Of a stretch of DNA of 64,000 nucleotides, positions 11,411 to 22,354 are shown in pieces. The DNA is from Diplonema japonicum (Eukaryota > Protista > Euglenozoa: Diplonemea), in contig OZ025702.1 in the NCBI GenBank assembly GCA_964019335.1, positions 62,001 to 126,000 of the forward strand. Reading direction: 5' to 3'. Below the pieces are notes generated by a model that made no database searches, had not been told where the DNA came from, and worked only from the letters and a program-made list of their open reading frames with translations. A program made the translations under genes and the position numbers. Each line of letters begins with the position of its first letter. The first letter of the stretch is position 1.

Positions 11411-12580
11411 ATGAAGCGACCAGCGAGCGCTGTGATGGGCGAGAGAGCGACAGTGAACAGGGTGCTGCTAGCAAGCTTCACGCGGAGTGACAGCAACGAG
11501 CAGACAGTCATGTCGTGTGACCAGCTGAAGATGCTTGTCGAGGACAACACACGAGAGGACTCCGTCGACAAGATCATGTTGTACACGAAAAAAGGGAAGC
11601 TAGAGGCGATGATACAGTTGGCGAAATACGAGGACGCTGCGACCATGATGGCTGCTCTACACGAGGCGGAGGTGGACTTGGAGGACCAGACATGCCTTCT
11701 GAGACTGAGCTACACCACGAACAGAGAACTGCATGTTATCGATGAGAAGCACGGGAAGGACTACAGAACAGGCTGGGGACTGGGGATATGCCCCAGAGAG
11801 ACAAAAATGCTGCCATTGCCACAATCACAGCAACGCCAGCAAGTGCAACCGAAGACACTGGCAGAGCTGCTGTCGACCCTCCCCCCCAAACAGAAGCCAG
11901 TGGAACAAGGGCGTGAAAAGGTCGTGGCAGTGGCGGATCTGCGGAGGGAGGTTACATCAGAGGCGCTTGCGAGACTGTTTGGAATTTGTGGGAAGGTGAG
12001 GGCAGTGCTGCTTACAGCAAGACAGAACAAGGCTCTTATAGAGTACCACTACACAGGTGCTGCAGCACGTGCGGAGAAGCAATTGCACAACGTTCCTCTG
12101 TACGGGTTGAAGATGGACGTCAGGGTGACTTCCCTGCGAGAGGCATGCAAGGTAGGCAGCAAAAATGAAGGCGAAGCGACTCTGTTCCTTACTGAGAACG
12201 ACCCATCTCACAGGACCCCAGACTGCTTCTACCCACCGTCCACCACAGTGTGCATCAAAAAGGTGCCCCTCACACAGGACAAGTCCCTCTTAGAAGGCAT
12301 CATCAAACAGTTCCAAAGCTGGCGCCCTTTTAAGATCAATTGGGTAGCCTCGCCCGTGTTCTACACCCTAACACTCACCCTCGACTCCCTCAATACGGCA
12401 ACCGCCCTTGTGGCAGGCCTCCACTCTGTAGACTTTGACGGCACCCATCCCGGCGGCCTCTCTGCTTCCTTCAGCTCCCCCGACGACCCCTTTATAACCA
12501 CCTTGAAGGGGCAGGTGATCTACGACCCGACCACCATGCTCAAGCCACGGCCGATCTTGAAAGCTGAGAATATTATTTAG
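11411..12580 (+). CDS. PTB/hnRNP L-like multi-RRM RNA-binding protein
   Basis: RRM-like segments (KIMLYTKKGKLEAMIQL...LRLSYT; LARLFGICGKVRAV...KALIEY...LHNVPLYG; YPPSTTV) resemble PTB/hnRNP L RRM2-4; first ATG after the CAG at 11402-11404. Confidence 0.7.
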   Translation: MKRPASAVMGERATVNRVLLASFTRSDSNEQTVMSCDQLKMLVEDNTREDSVDKIMLYTKKGKLEAMIQLAKYEDAATMMAALHEAEVDLEDQTCLLRLSYTTNRELHVIDEKHGKDYRTGWGLGICPRETKMLPLPQSQQRQQVQPKTLAELLSTLPPKQKPVEQGREKVVAVADLRREVTSEALARLFGICGKVRAVLLTARQNKALIEYHYTGAAARAEKQLHNVPLYGLKMDVRVTSLREACKVGSKNEGEATLFLTENDPSHRTPDCFYPPSTTVCIKKVPLTQDKSLLEGIIKQFQSWRPFKINWVASPVFYTLTLTLDSLNTATALVAGLHSVDFDGTHPGGLSASFSSPDDPFITTLKGQVIYDPTTMLKPRPILKAENII

Positions 12581-13144
12581 AGTGATCACCAATATACCGT
12601 AATTCAAGGAAATATGTTCCACAGGAATAATGCCAAAAATCTTTTTTTTTTTTGTTTTTTTGTTTTTGCCTGGTTGATGAAATTCGATTTTTTAACGTCA
12701 AGGTAACACAAGTCAAACGGCGCTCAGTTGGGCGGGGTGGTGGGGTGGTGTTTCAACATGGACCTGTGCGGCGTACCTGGTCCCCGTTTCCTCGCGGTAG
12801 GGTAGGCTTGTTTAAGGTCAATTTGTGCAAAGGTGACAGTTGCTCTGTTATTTGGTAGCGACAACCGGCCAAGGTTTGCCTTTATTATTCTCGTCTCTCG
12901 CAGAGCACCCGTCACCCCTGGCTTCTGGCTTGGACTCCAAAGTTCTGAATTTATTCTGTGTGTGTTGCAGTCACTAGTTTTCATGTTAAGACTACATTTT
13001 TTTTTTTTTTAATTTCTTTCTTGCAGAACATATTTAAATGAAATACGGGTAACATCCCCCCCCCCCTTTTTTTTTAAAAGATTTTTTTTCAATTTTCTAT
13101 TGTTCTTCAGTACGCAAAACAAAAACACAGGCAGGGAGACCCTC

Positions 13145-13897
13145 ATGGGATGCGGGGTCACAAAACAAGCCATGTCGGAGGTGCGCAAGGCGCAAGAGGA
13201 GCTGCTGACAAAGCAGAACAGCTTAGTGCGTGAAGTGGAGGATCTGCGGAAAGAACTAAACGACAAGGACAAGAGGGACGAACAACGGGAGCGTGCGAGG
13301 GTGGAGCGGGAACGGGAGAGGGTCAAAGAAACACCGCAGGATATGACATCCCCGGCCAGCACGAGTTCCAGAGGACGGCGGTCACCCCCACCACTCCACG
13401 GCATGCAAAGAGTGAACGACCATAGGAAACGACGTGCGAGAAAACTGGATGGAGACAGCGACAGGAGCAGCCCCAGCCCACCAGACAGCATCTTAAACAG
13501 CCCGAGAAGCCCACGGCGACATATGGGAAAACGTTGCGTTTCTTTTTGCAACGATTCATATACAGAAGATGAAGCTACCCTTCGAGGGCCTCTGAAGCCC
13601 TCCTTCGTGGACGACGATGATGAAGGGGGAAGGCGGGTTGTGCGGAAGAAGACAGGCATCCCGCGAGACCCACACATCATAAAGGCCTCCAACCCAACGG
13701 ACCTCCCAAGGGCACCCTCGTGTACCTTTTCCGGTATTCAACGGCAAGAGTCCTACCGGTCCATCACATCCGGGCTGACATGCGACACGTCCCCCGACAG
13801 TATAGTTATCGGGGGTGATCCCACTTTCGGGCAGCGTGATTTTTTCCTTCCTTCTTCACCGCCTAACTCACCTCCGAACTCTGGCGGGGCTGCGTGA
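13145..13897 (+). CDS. Hypothetical protein with N-terminal MGCG dual-acylation signal and coiled coil
   Basis: Starts MGCGVTK (Gly2 myristoylation/Cys3 palmitoylation pattern), short coiled coil, Ser/Pro/Arg-rich tail. Confidence 0.7.
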   Translation: MGCGVTKQAMSEVRKAQEELLTKQNSLVREVEDLRKELNDKDKRDEQRERARVERERERVKETPQDMTSPASTSSRGRRSPPPLHGMQRVNDHRKRRARKLDGDSDRSSPSPPDSILNSPRSPRRHMGKRCVSFCNDSYTEDEATLRGPLKPSFVDDDDEGGRRVVRKKTGIPRDPHIIKASNPTDLPRAPSCTFSGIQRQESYRSITSGLTCDTSPDSIVIGGDPTFGQRDFFLPSSPPNSPPNSGGAA

Positions 13898-14159
13898 AGG
13901 GGACGCAGGAAAGGAAAAAAAAAAAACTATTTATTTCCAGATAAAGACTATGTGAAAGTGCGGAGGATGGGGGGGGGGGGGGGGGACGAGGCAGAGAAAG
14001 GGGGGGGGGACAGCATTTTCCTCGTGGGTTTCCTTCCCTCACTCTTCCCCTTCCCCCTTTTTTGTTGTTGTTCTCCTCTCCTTTACTTCCCATACCCGGT
14101 CCTTTATGTATCAATAGGGTAGAGTTAAGGTTCCGGGCACACTCTTCGTTTGTTTTGGT

Positions 14160-14191
<32 letters not shown>

Positions 14192-15181
14192 TTTTTTGAA
14201 GGTGGGTCGCTGCTCACTTCTCTGTCCAAGTGAACTTTTTTTTTTTTCTAAAAAACCGTGCGAAAAGAACCAATACGTATAAAGGAAAAAGAAACTAATG
14301 GGGGAGGGGGAGGGGGATATTTGATTTGCAATTCCTTCTGGCATCCACTGTAAGAAAAGGGAGGGTGGAAAAAAAAAAGGAAAAGAAATGAACCACTAAG
14401 GGGAAAAAAAAAATCTTTTTGACATTGATGTGTTGTCGGTAGTACAGATCAAGGAACTCAGGAAAGAAGGGGGGAAGAAGAAAAATGTTCTCTTTTTTTC
14501 CCCCCTTTTTTTTCTTTTCTTTTTTTTTTACCTGCTGAAAGTTCCTTGCTCTGGACACATGCGCGAGTCAAAGATTGATCTTTTTCTTTTTTTTTTTTTT
14601 TCTTCTTTTCATTGAAAGAATAAAAAAAAGATTTTGAATTGCTATTAACTTGTTTCCCCTGGTTTAATAGCAGCTTCTATGTTGCCTTGCAAAACAGGCA
14701 ATAACTTCTTTCTTTTTTTTTTCCCCCTGATTCTTTTGAATCACCGCCCCCCCCAAAAAAAAGGAAAAGTGCACGGTCTTGAAGAAGGGGAGGGGTAACG
14801 TTATTTCATTATGGACCCTAATGTGGCGTTTGTCACTCTTTCTACTGACTCAGGAAAAGAAAATGTGATTTTATTATTTTTTTTTACTCCTTTCTCTTCA
14901 CTTCTGTTATTGGCAAACCTTTTTTTCTTTTTTTTTACACCCCCCCTTCGGTATTTTTTTTCACTCAAGAAAGGCTCCAACGTGCGAGGCGAGGCCGCTT
15001 ATATGGAGGTGGCGATCTGTCGCGTTCAAGGTGGATGAAAAAGGTACAACCTTAAAAACCACCCACCCCCCACCCCTGCAATTCAAATTTCTCCGCCTTT
15101 AATAATTAACCATTAAGCCCACAGGCGAAAAACCGAAAAAAGCCCATTTTTGAGGCGATTCCAAAAAATTCAAAAAAAAAT

Positions 15182-15259
15182 GGCAGCATTTAACCATACA
15201 AAGTGCTCAAATTCTTAAAATAATGCTGAAAAAAGGGCAGCATTTAGCCAAACAAAGTG
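15182..15259. repeat. 24-bp direct repeat in a non-coding island (possible transposon relic)
   Basis: GGCAGCATTTAACCATACAAAGTG (15182-15205) and GGCAGCATTTAGCCAAACAAAGTG (15236-15259), 2 mismatches. Confidence 0.6.
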
Positions 15260-15573
15260 GAAAAAATCGCGCAATGGCGTCAGAAAAGTGAAAGAAAGGT
15301 CATAATTTGACCAAAAGGCCTATAGATTTTTTCCTTTTTTTTTTATGTCATATATATATATATGACATGTGGGTTTAATGGTTTAAAAAAAAAAAAAACA
15401 ATAGAGGGTCCTCTTCAAATGAATTATTATCAAATAATAAATGATCGAATAATGTACTTCCCCCCCCCCCTTTTTTTTCCTGTTGCAAAAAAAAAAAAGA
15501 ACATTACCATGGGGACGATTATGTCTTCTTTTTTACAGGCGTCCTGCCACATACCGCAGGTACCCTTAAATGT

Positions 15574-15646
<73 letters not shown>

Positions 15647-15853
15647 GGATGTGAGAAAAGGATGTTGATGTGAGTGGAAAGGACATGTTAACAAAAAGGA
15701 GAGAGATAATTTTGTGTTTAAAAAAAAAACACGGATGCGTCCGTCTTTAAGAGAAAAAAAAAAGAAAAGAAAAAAAGGGAGAGTCCCTTCCCACACATTC
15801 TTCCCTCCTTATCTCTCCTATTTGGTAAGTTAATTATACGTTCCTGCCTTTCT

Positions 15854-15886
<33 letters not shown>

Positions 15887-16179
15887 GAGAAAACTCTTGA
15901 GTAGATGATGTGTTTCTTTTTTCTTTCTCTTTTTTTCTTCTTCTTTCTTTTTCTTTCTCTTTTTCTACCCGTACAGCTTCTTTTCACGAACAACGTTAAG
16001 TTTTTGATTTCCTATTTCATTTTGGAATAACGAAACTTCTGATACCATGAAATGAACAAAGTAAAATATATTTAAAAAAAAAAAAGCTAATAAAAACAAT
16101 AAAGAAGAAGAAGAAGAAAAAAACGAGAAAAAAAAACAGCGGCTATTCTCAGGTTTTCTCCCCCTTTTTTTTCCTATTT

Positions 16180-16212
<33 letters not shown>

Positions 16213-16292
16213 CTTCGTTTTTTGTTTTTGTTTTTTTTTTCCGGCAATAATAATGTTTATAGAAAAAGAAAAAAAAAGAAAAAAGAAAAAAA

Positions 16293-16329
<37 letters not shown>

Positions 16330-16330
16330 A

Positions 16331-17963
16331 ATGTCGGAACCGGAGGCTGCACCTAAGAAGGAGAAAAAGTCCAAAAAGGAAAAAAAAGCAAAAAAAGAAA
16401 AAAACACGGGATCTGAAGGGGAGGAAGAGGAAGCCTCCGGCGCCGATTGGGTTTTCGGAGTAAAAAAGTATCGAGGGCCAACATTGTATGTTTCCAGCAA
16501 AACAACAACAACAACAACAACAACAAACAGACACAAAGATTTCATAGCAGCGCTGTACCACTTTGAAAAGACGGCAGTTGGCAAGGATGGCCTAGAGGAC
16601 GTGACGAATGAGGAGGTGGTAGAGTATGCACTGCAGATCACATTGTTATCCATCACAGGCACTATCACTACAATTTCCCTGTAGATACACGCCGCTGGAG
16701 CAACGACGAAGCCGTGGAACTGTGGCAGGCACACTTGAAGAGGTATGACGAGGGGGGAAAAAAAAAGAGAGAAAAAAAAAAAACAGGAAAAAACGAAGTG
16801 ACCGTCGCCGTGGCAGTGAAGCAAGTCCTGCCTTCAGCGAGGGCAACCCTGCCGCCAGCATCAAAGAAGACGAGGTCAGCACGCCACCTGACCCGCCCAT
16901 CGATGCAGGAGTTGCCGCAGAGACGCAGGACGTCGAACCACAGCAACCTGAGCCGGAGCAGGAGGACCTTGTCCCCCCACCGCAACCTGAGGCAGATCCC
17001 AGCACAAGGCGCACGCCTGTGAACCTCCCTGCGCAGCCCCCAGTGCCCCCACCCCGCGGTGACAGCCCCTTCGCACGTGACAAGTCACCGTCTGTGGACA
17101 CAGAACGCAAGCCTTCAAAGGCTTCGGAGTTCGACCTCTCCGATAGTTACGCAGATGTGAACATTAAGGGGATTCCTGTCGGGGAAAGTGATAGTGAGGG
17201 TGAGAAGGAAGCACCGCCTGTTCCACAGGGCACAACGCCGAGCAGCTCTGCCCCGCCCACCCCGACCACGTCGCAGGGCAGTAAACAAGAAACAGGCGAG
17301 AAGTTTACCGTGAAAGACCTTCTGGAGAGGGTGAAGCTTGGGAACAGCAAATCCGCGAACCTGCCGACCAGTGGGGGTGGGATGAAGGCGTTGGCGAGCA
17401 AGCTGACTCAGCCTGGGACCGCGAAGAATGCGGAGACAGTGCTGAACGTGAAAGACAGTGCGCCTCCCTTGAGTGTGGACGACCCGCGACTAGCGCTGCA
17501 GCTGGAGAACTACCAAAGGATATGCGACAGCGGGAAGTCGCTAGTCACCTTTGAGGAGGAGGACATTGTGGGTCGCTACTCAGTGCAGGTGATGTCTACG
17601 GTGTCCTTCTGTCTCACCTTCAAGTGCTACGGCAAAGTGAGCTTCTCGACATCAACTGTGCTCCGCTTGGAGTCTCCTCTGGAGATGCTGAACTGGGACT
17701 CACGCCCTCCCTCCCACCTACTCCCTGCTTCGTCTCTTCTAACCCTTGCCGACCTGCACTGGCCGTCACGCTTCATTAATGGTTCTAGCAAAGCCACATC
17801 CCTTCCCATTCTCACCCTTTCCCTGTCCAACCGGAAGGTAACCTTGCTCTTCTCGCCCTCCGTCCATGCAAGGGTTGCCCTCATAGACGAGACGGGTGGC
17901 ATCCTCAAGAGCTACTCTCTCGCACCAACGGAAGCCTTGAAAGAGGCAGGTATCGCTTCCTAG
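16331..17963 (+). CDS. Hypothetical protein (four exons)
   Basis: Introns 16486-16530, 16624-16658 and 16743-16786 (all GTATG...CAG, frame-consistent) join three ORF-track fragments into one frame. Confidence 0.75.
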
Positions 17964-18097
17964 TAGACGGTCTGTTCTTTATACTTTAGATTCACTGTGT
18001 TCTTTGCCGAGGTATATGAAGGCTCTGAGGGCTTTCATACAAAATACATTTATTTAATACACGCTCTGGCCTTTCGATCTTCCCACAGTATACAGGG

Positions 18098-18901
18098 ATG
18101 GATGTGACGGGGGAGCGGAAGAGGAAGAGGGACGAGAGTGACGATGAGATAGAACACGATGAGCTGCTGGGGAAGGTGGGGGCGCTTTGGGCTGGGGTGC
18201 TGAGGGGGGAGAGGAAGAAGGCATACTACAAACAGATGCTGCGCGTAATAAAGAAAGACAGGGCCACCATGGATGTCGTGCCTGAAGAGGCCCTCGTTAT
18301 GAATGCCTTCAGGCTGACGCCTCTACATGCTGTGCGTGTGGTCATCATTGGGCAGTTCCCCGGGCCTGATGGGCTCACCTTATCACGCGACGGGCCTGTG
18401 ATGGACAGTATTTGCACTGAACTCACAGGACGGAGACAAAAAAACCTGAAAGGCATAAGCCTGGAATCCTGGGCTGTGCAAGGTGTTCTCCTCCTCTCAG
18501 CCTCTCTCACTGCCCCTGCCACAGACGTGGCGAAGCACGATAAAATAGGCTGGCAGACCTTCACCGACTCTGTGCTACAAGCGCTTGACGACTGCCCACC
18601 CATTGTCTTCCTTCTTTGGGGTGGATTCGCGGTGCGAAAGGCAGCCATCATAAACAACACCAGACATGTGAAGCAGGTGTCGGCACACCCCCTCACCGTG
18701 GGCTGGAAAGGTTGCTGCCCTTTCGAGCAGTGCAACGCCCACTTGCGACAGCTGGGCTCCGAAGAAGTGAGGTGGGATGCCATATTTCCAACCGAACAAA
18801 AGCGTGACAACGAGGACAGTGCGCCCCACAGTTCATCGGCTCACACGCGACTATCTACAAATGAGGGGGAAGGAGAGAAAGAAAGGGAGGCATCGCTCTG
18901 A
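18098..18901 (+). CDS. Family-1 uracil-DNA glycosylase homologue with degenerate active site
   Basis: UNG scaffold is clear (VRVVIIGQ, LESWAVQGVLLL, GWQTFTD, VFLLWG, SAHP, terminal W), but GQDPYH reads GQFPGP, LLLN reads LLLS and HPSPLS reads HPLTVG. Confidence 0.85.
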   Translation: MDVTGERKRKRDESDDEIEHDELLGKVGALWAGVLRGERKKAYYKQMLRVIKKDRATMDVVPEEALVMNAFRLTPLHAVRVVIIGQFPGPDGLTLSRDGPVMDSICTELTGRRQKNLKGISLESWAVQGVLLLSASLTAPATDVAKHDKIGWQTFTDSVLQALDDCPPIVFLLWGGFAVRKAAIINNTRHVKQVSAHPLTVGWKGCCPFEQCNAHLRQLGSEEVRWDAIFPTEQKRDNEDSAPHSSSAHTRLSTNEGEGEKEREASL

Positions 18902-18996
18902 ATTTCTAACTATTTTATCTTTTCTTATTTTCCCCTTCCCCGTTCGCTAGTAACAACCTTTCCCGACCCACGTCGACCCTCAAGTAGGTGCGCAAC

Positions 18997-21080
18997 ATGT
19001 CTGGCGGTTCAGAGCTCACGAATGCTGCATTTGAGAAGTTCTCGGTGTTCATCAAGACGCCGTTCTGGTTCGAACTGAAGAAGAAGAAGATCCACGTTTT
19101 CAAGCTGACGGCCGAGGAGGTTCCTGTCCATGGTTTGTACAGCACGCCACGTGAGGCAAATGACAAGTCGAAGCTGGAACTGAACAAAGAGTCGTTCGAC
19201 GATGAGGTGCGTGCAGGCCCCTTTGAGTACGTGCAACCGGGTGTGCTGCTCAACTACAACACCATAGAGGAGTACAAGGCCATGGAACACAAGGTACTTC
19301 TCAGGACAAAGGCAACCGAGCTGTGGAACTCCATCCATTCTGGAGCGTGGCTCAACGACCCTGCAACCCTTCTCAAGTTCTACATCTATTCTTTCTCTGA
19401 CCTTAAAGCGTTTATTTTCAGAGGGCGCTCAATGCTCCCCACACTATCCCCAAAGACACCCATTCAGTGCGGTACCCTCATGGGCATCTTCACTGCCCTC
19501 AGTATTGCACAGGTGGCCTCTCTTAAGACGGCCTGCGACGCGAAACGAGGCATTGGCTCCGACGGCACTGATCCCACTTTCGTGAACAAACCCTTCTTTG
19601 TCGTGAAACTGTTGCCGGAGGACAAACTGGAGCTGGCTACCCTCTCAGAGCTGACGCCTGCAAACGCTGACAAGCTAGCCAAGGGAGAGATCATGGTGTG
19701 CATGGCCGACCCCTGCACAGCAAGCCACATGGGATGGCCTGCCAGGAACCTTCTCTTCGCCCTGGCATACCACTTCGGCTTCACGACCATAACGCTGCTT
19801 AGTTACAGAGACCAGATGGGATCCATTGAAGGATCGAAGGTTCAGAAGTACACAGTTACCTTACCGAAGAAGGAAGAAACCGCCGGCGGTGCAATCCCCG
19901 ACTGGGTGACCCCTGTGGGGTGGGAGGACGGGCGCAGCCCTGTCAACCTCTCAAAACTCATGGACTCGAAGCTCCTAGCGAGCGAGAGGTATGCATGAAT
20001 ATAACGATGAAAGCCAATACAGTGCTAACCTGAACTTGAGCCTCATGAAGTGGAGGATGCTGCCCAATTTGGATCTGGAGAAAATAGCGGCGCAAAAGTG
20101 CCTGTTGGTCGGGTCAGGCACACTGGGGTGCGGTGTGGCAAGGAACCTGATGGTGTGAATCTGAAAAGAACACAAAAAACCACCAACCACAGAAATGGGG
20201 CATCCACAACTTCACGATGATCGACAGGGGACAGGTGTCGTACTCCAACACCGTGAGGCAGTCACTGTTCGTGCACGAGGACGCGGTGGCGGGGAAGAAC
20301 AAGGCATTGGCGGCAGCAGACGCCTGCAGGAGGATACACCCGCTGTGCAAGGTGGACCATGTGGACATGTCCGTGCCGATGCCGGGACACATCGTGTCGG
20401 AGAGTGAGGAGGAAGCGGTTAAGGCCACATGCGAGAAGTTTGAAAAACTAATTGAGGAGCACGATGCGGTGTTCCTGTTGACGGACAGCAGGGAGAGCAG
20501 ATGGCTGCCGTCGATGTTGGGCACAAAGCACAAGAAGATTGTGATCAACGCAGCACTGGGGTTCGAGTCGTACCTGGCCATGCGGCACGGGTGCCCGGGG
20601 GGTGAGAGCAAACGGTTGGGATGCTATTTCTGCAATGATATCACATCGCCTGTGGACTCGTTGTCCGACAGGACACTAGACCAGCAGTGCACCGTAACCC
20701 GTCCTGGTGTGAGCGATATTGCTTCAGCTTTGGCAGTGGAACTGCTGACAGCAGTGCTATCGCACCCTGAAGGTATCTATGCACAGCCTCCAGGCAACGA
20801 AGGGCACTCCACGGGCGTGCTCGGCTGTGTCCCTCACCAGATCCGAGGGGGTCTCTACAGCTTTGACCAAAACCTCATCAGAGGTGACCACTTCCCTAAC
20901 TGTGTGGCGTGCTCCTCACGTGTTGTCGATATGTACACAGAGCAGGGCTTCCCTTTCCTCCTTAAGGTCCTTAACGATTCCTCCTACCTCCCTGAGATCT
21001 CGGGCATCACCGAGATGCTGAAGAAGTCCGAGGACCTCGACCTTGAATCTTGTTCTGAGGACGAGATCGACGAGGCTTAA
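18997..21080 (+). CDS. ATG7: Autophagy E1-like enzyme ATG7 (three exons)
   Basis: Introns 19989-20022 and 20153-20192 restore [12 protein letters not shown]...[19 protein letters not shown]...VSYSNTVRQ; also [23 protein letters not shown] (catalytic Cys), PHQIRG, CVACS. Confidence 0.96.
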
Positions 21081-21439
21081 GGGATGTGAACGTGAAATCC
21101 TTTTGTTTTTTTTCAGAGGTGTGGGAAACCTTGCAAGCATGTATTAATATTTCTCAATAACAGGAGGGGGGGGGGGGGGGGGGGGGTGAACGGGGAAAGG
21201 ATAACTTTGTACACCACTGTTCCAAAAAAAGAAAAAGAAAAAAAGAGTGCAAAGGAGGGAAAAGAAATAAGAAATGGGTGGGGGGGGGGGGTTCTCTCAA
21301 TTTTTCTTCTTTTTTTTCTATTTAGGGGGAAAAGTAAAACACTCCCAGGGAAGCGGAAGGCGGGGGGAAAAGTGTGCAAAATGGAAGAAAGAAAAAACTA
21401 ACCTAAGAACACCCCCCCCCCCCCCCCCCCCCCCCCCCG

Positions 21440-21596
21440 CAGGGCTATGCTGGCAGGAAACGTTTCCGTTTCCATACTTTTCAAAATTCTTATGGAAACG
21501 CGTTTCCTTCTTAAGGAAACATAAGGAAACGTTTCCGTTTCCGTTTCCCCTTTTTTCAAAAAATGCATGGAAACGCGTTTCCATGCCAGCATAGCC
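21440..21596. mobile_element. MITE-like element A (CAGGGCTATGCTGGCA terminus, hAT-like)
   Basis: Inverted repeat GGCTATGCTGGCA (21443-21455) / TGCCAGCATAGCC (21584-21596); internal GGAAACG(CG)TTTCC palindromes; related copy at 57653. Confidence 0.75.
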
Positions 21597-22202
21597 GTAG
21601 GGGGGGTCACATGGTCCTAAAAAACGTGGTTAAACGTGAAAAAAAAAAGTTTTTTAAAAATTTTCCCCTAAGGTAAAAAAAACCGCCCAATACCCTCCAA
21701 ATTAACCAAAAATCAAAATTCGCCGGATTAGAGCATTTCTGGGCACTTGTTAATACTTTATCTGTGTTTTTGAAAAACAGTGACCACGGTTTGGTACCTG
21801 AAATACAAACTTACCATCCTAACCTCGGGAAAATGATAGATATTCATCAGAAATGCCGCGCAAAACACAGAAAAGTTCACAATAAGACAGTACTCTGCCG
21901 TTCAAACGTTAGCGGCGTCCTAAAGAGCCGCGTTCAAAGGGTGGAACAAACCATGGTCAAATTCTAAAATTTTCAGAAAACTCAAAAACTACAGGGTGAC
22001 AACAGGCCAGGTACCAAACCGTGGTCACCAGTTTTAAAAATGCAAAATAATGCCTTGTAGGTGCCCAAAAGTGAAAAGTACCGGGCGGAAATCGATTTTT
22101 TGGTCGAGAAAGGGGCGTCTTACATGGTTCAAGCGGCTCCAGTGTTCTGCATTTCCGAATTTGAAAAAACCCACTTTACCACCCCCATGTGACCCCCCCT
22201 AC
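21597..22202. mobile_element. Non-autonomous DNA transposon B with 18-bp TIRs and an internal 21-bp inverted repeat
   Basis: GTAGGGGGGGTCACATGG (21597-21614) / CCATGTGACCCCCCCTAC (22185-22202) perfect; internal GTGACCACGGTTTGGTACCTG (21780-21800) / its reverse complement (22008-22028) perfect; no credible ORF. Confidence 0.8.
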
Positions 22203-22354
22203 CCCCCCGCAACCTATCGTGTTTCTTCTCTGGTCCTTCCCCTCGGTTCATTCACTTTCTTTGCGCATTTTTCACTACAAAACTAAGTTTAAAAACAAAA
22301 AAAGGGAGGGGTACACACATGGTATAAAAAGATAGACATAAAAAAAAAAAAAAA

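Noticed and set aside
13863-16330. Poly-Lys/poly-Phe ORFs here and at 36237-37608, 40232-41450 and 51752-52600, plus similar N-terminal extensions of real genes
   Set aside because: Artefacts of A/T runs that lack stop codons; real starts were placed at the first ATG of complex sequence.
19996-20200. Stop-codon readthrough, alternative genetic code or pseudogenisation to explain split ORFs (ATG7, mitoferrin, G3BP)
   Set aside because: Canonical GT-AG introns restore frames and conserved motifs exactly.
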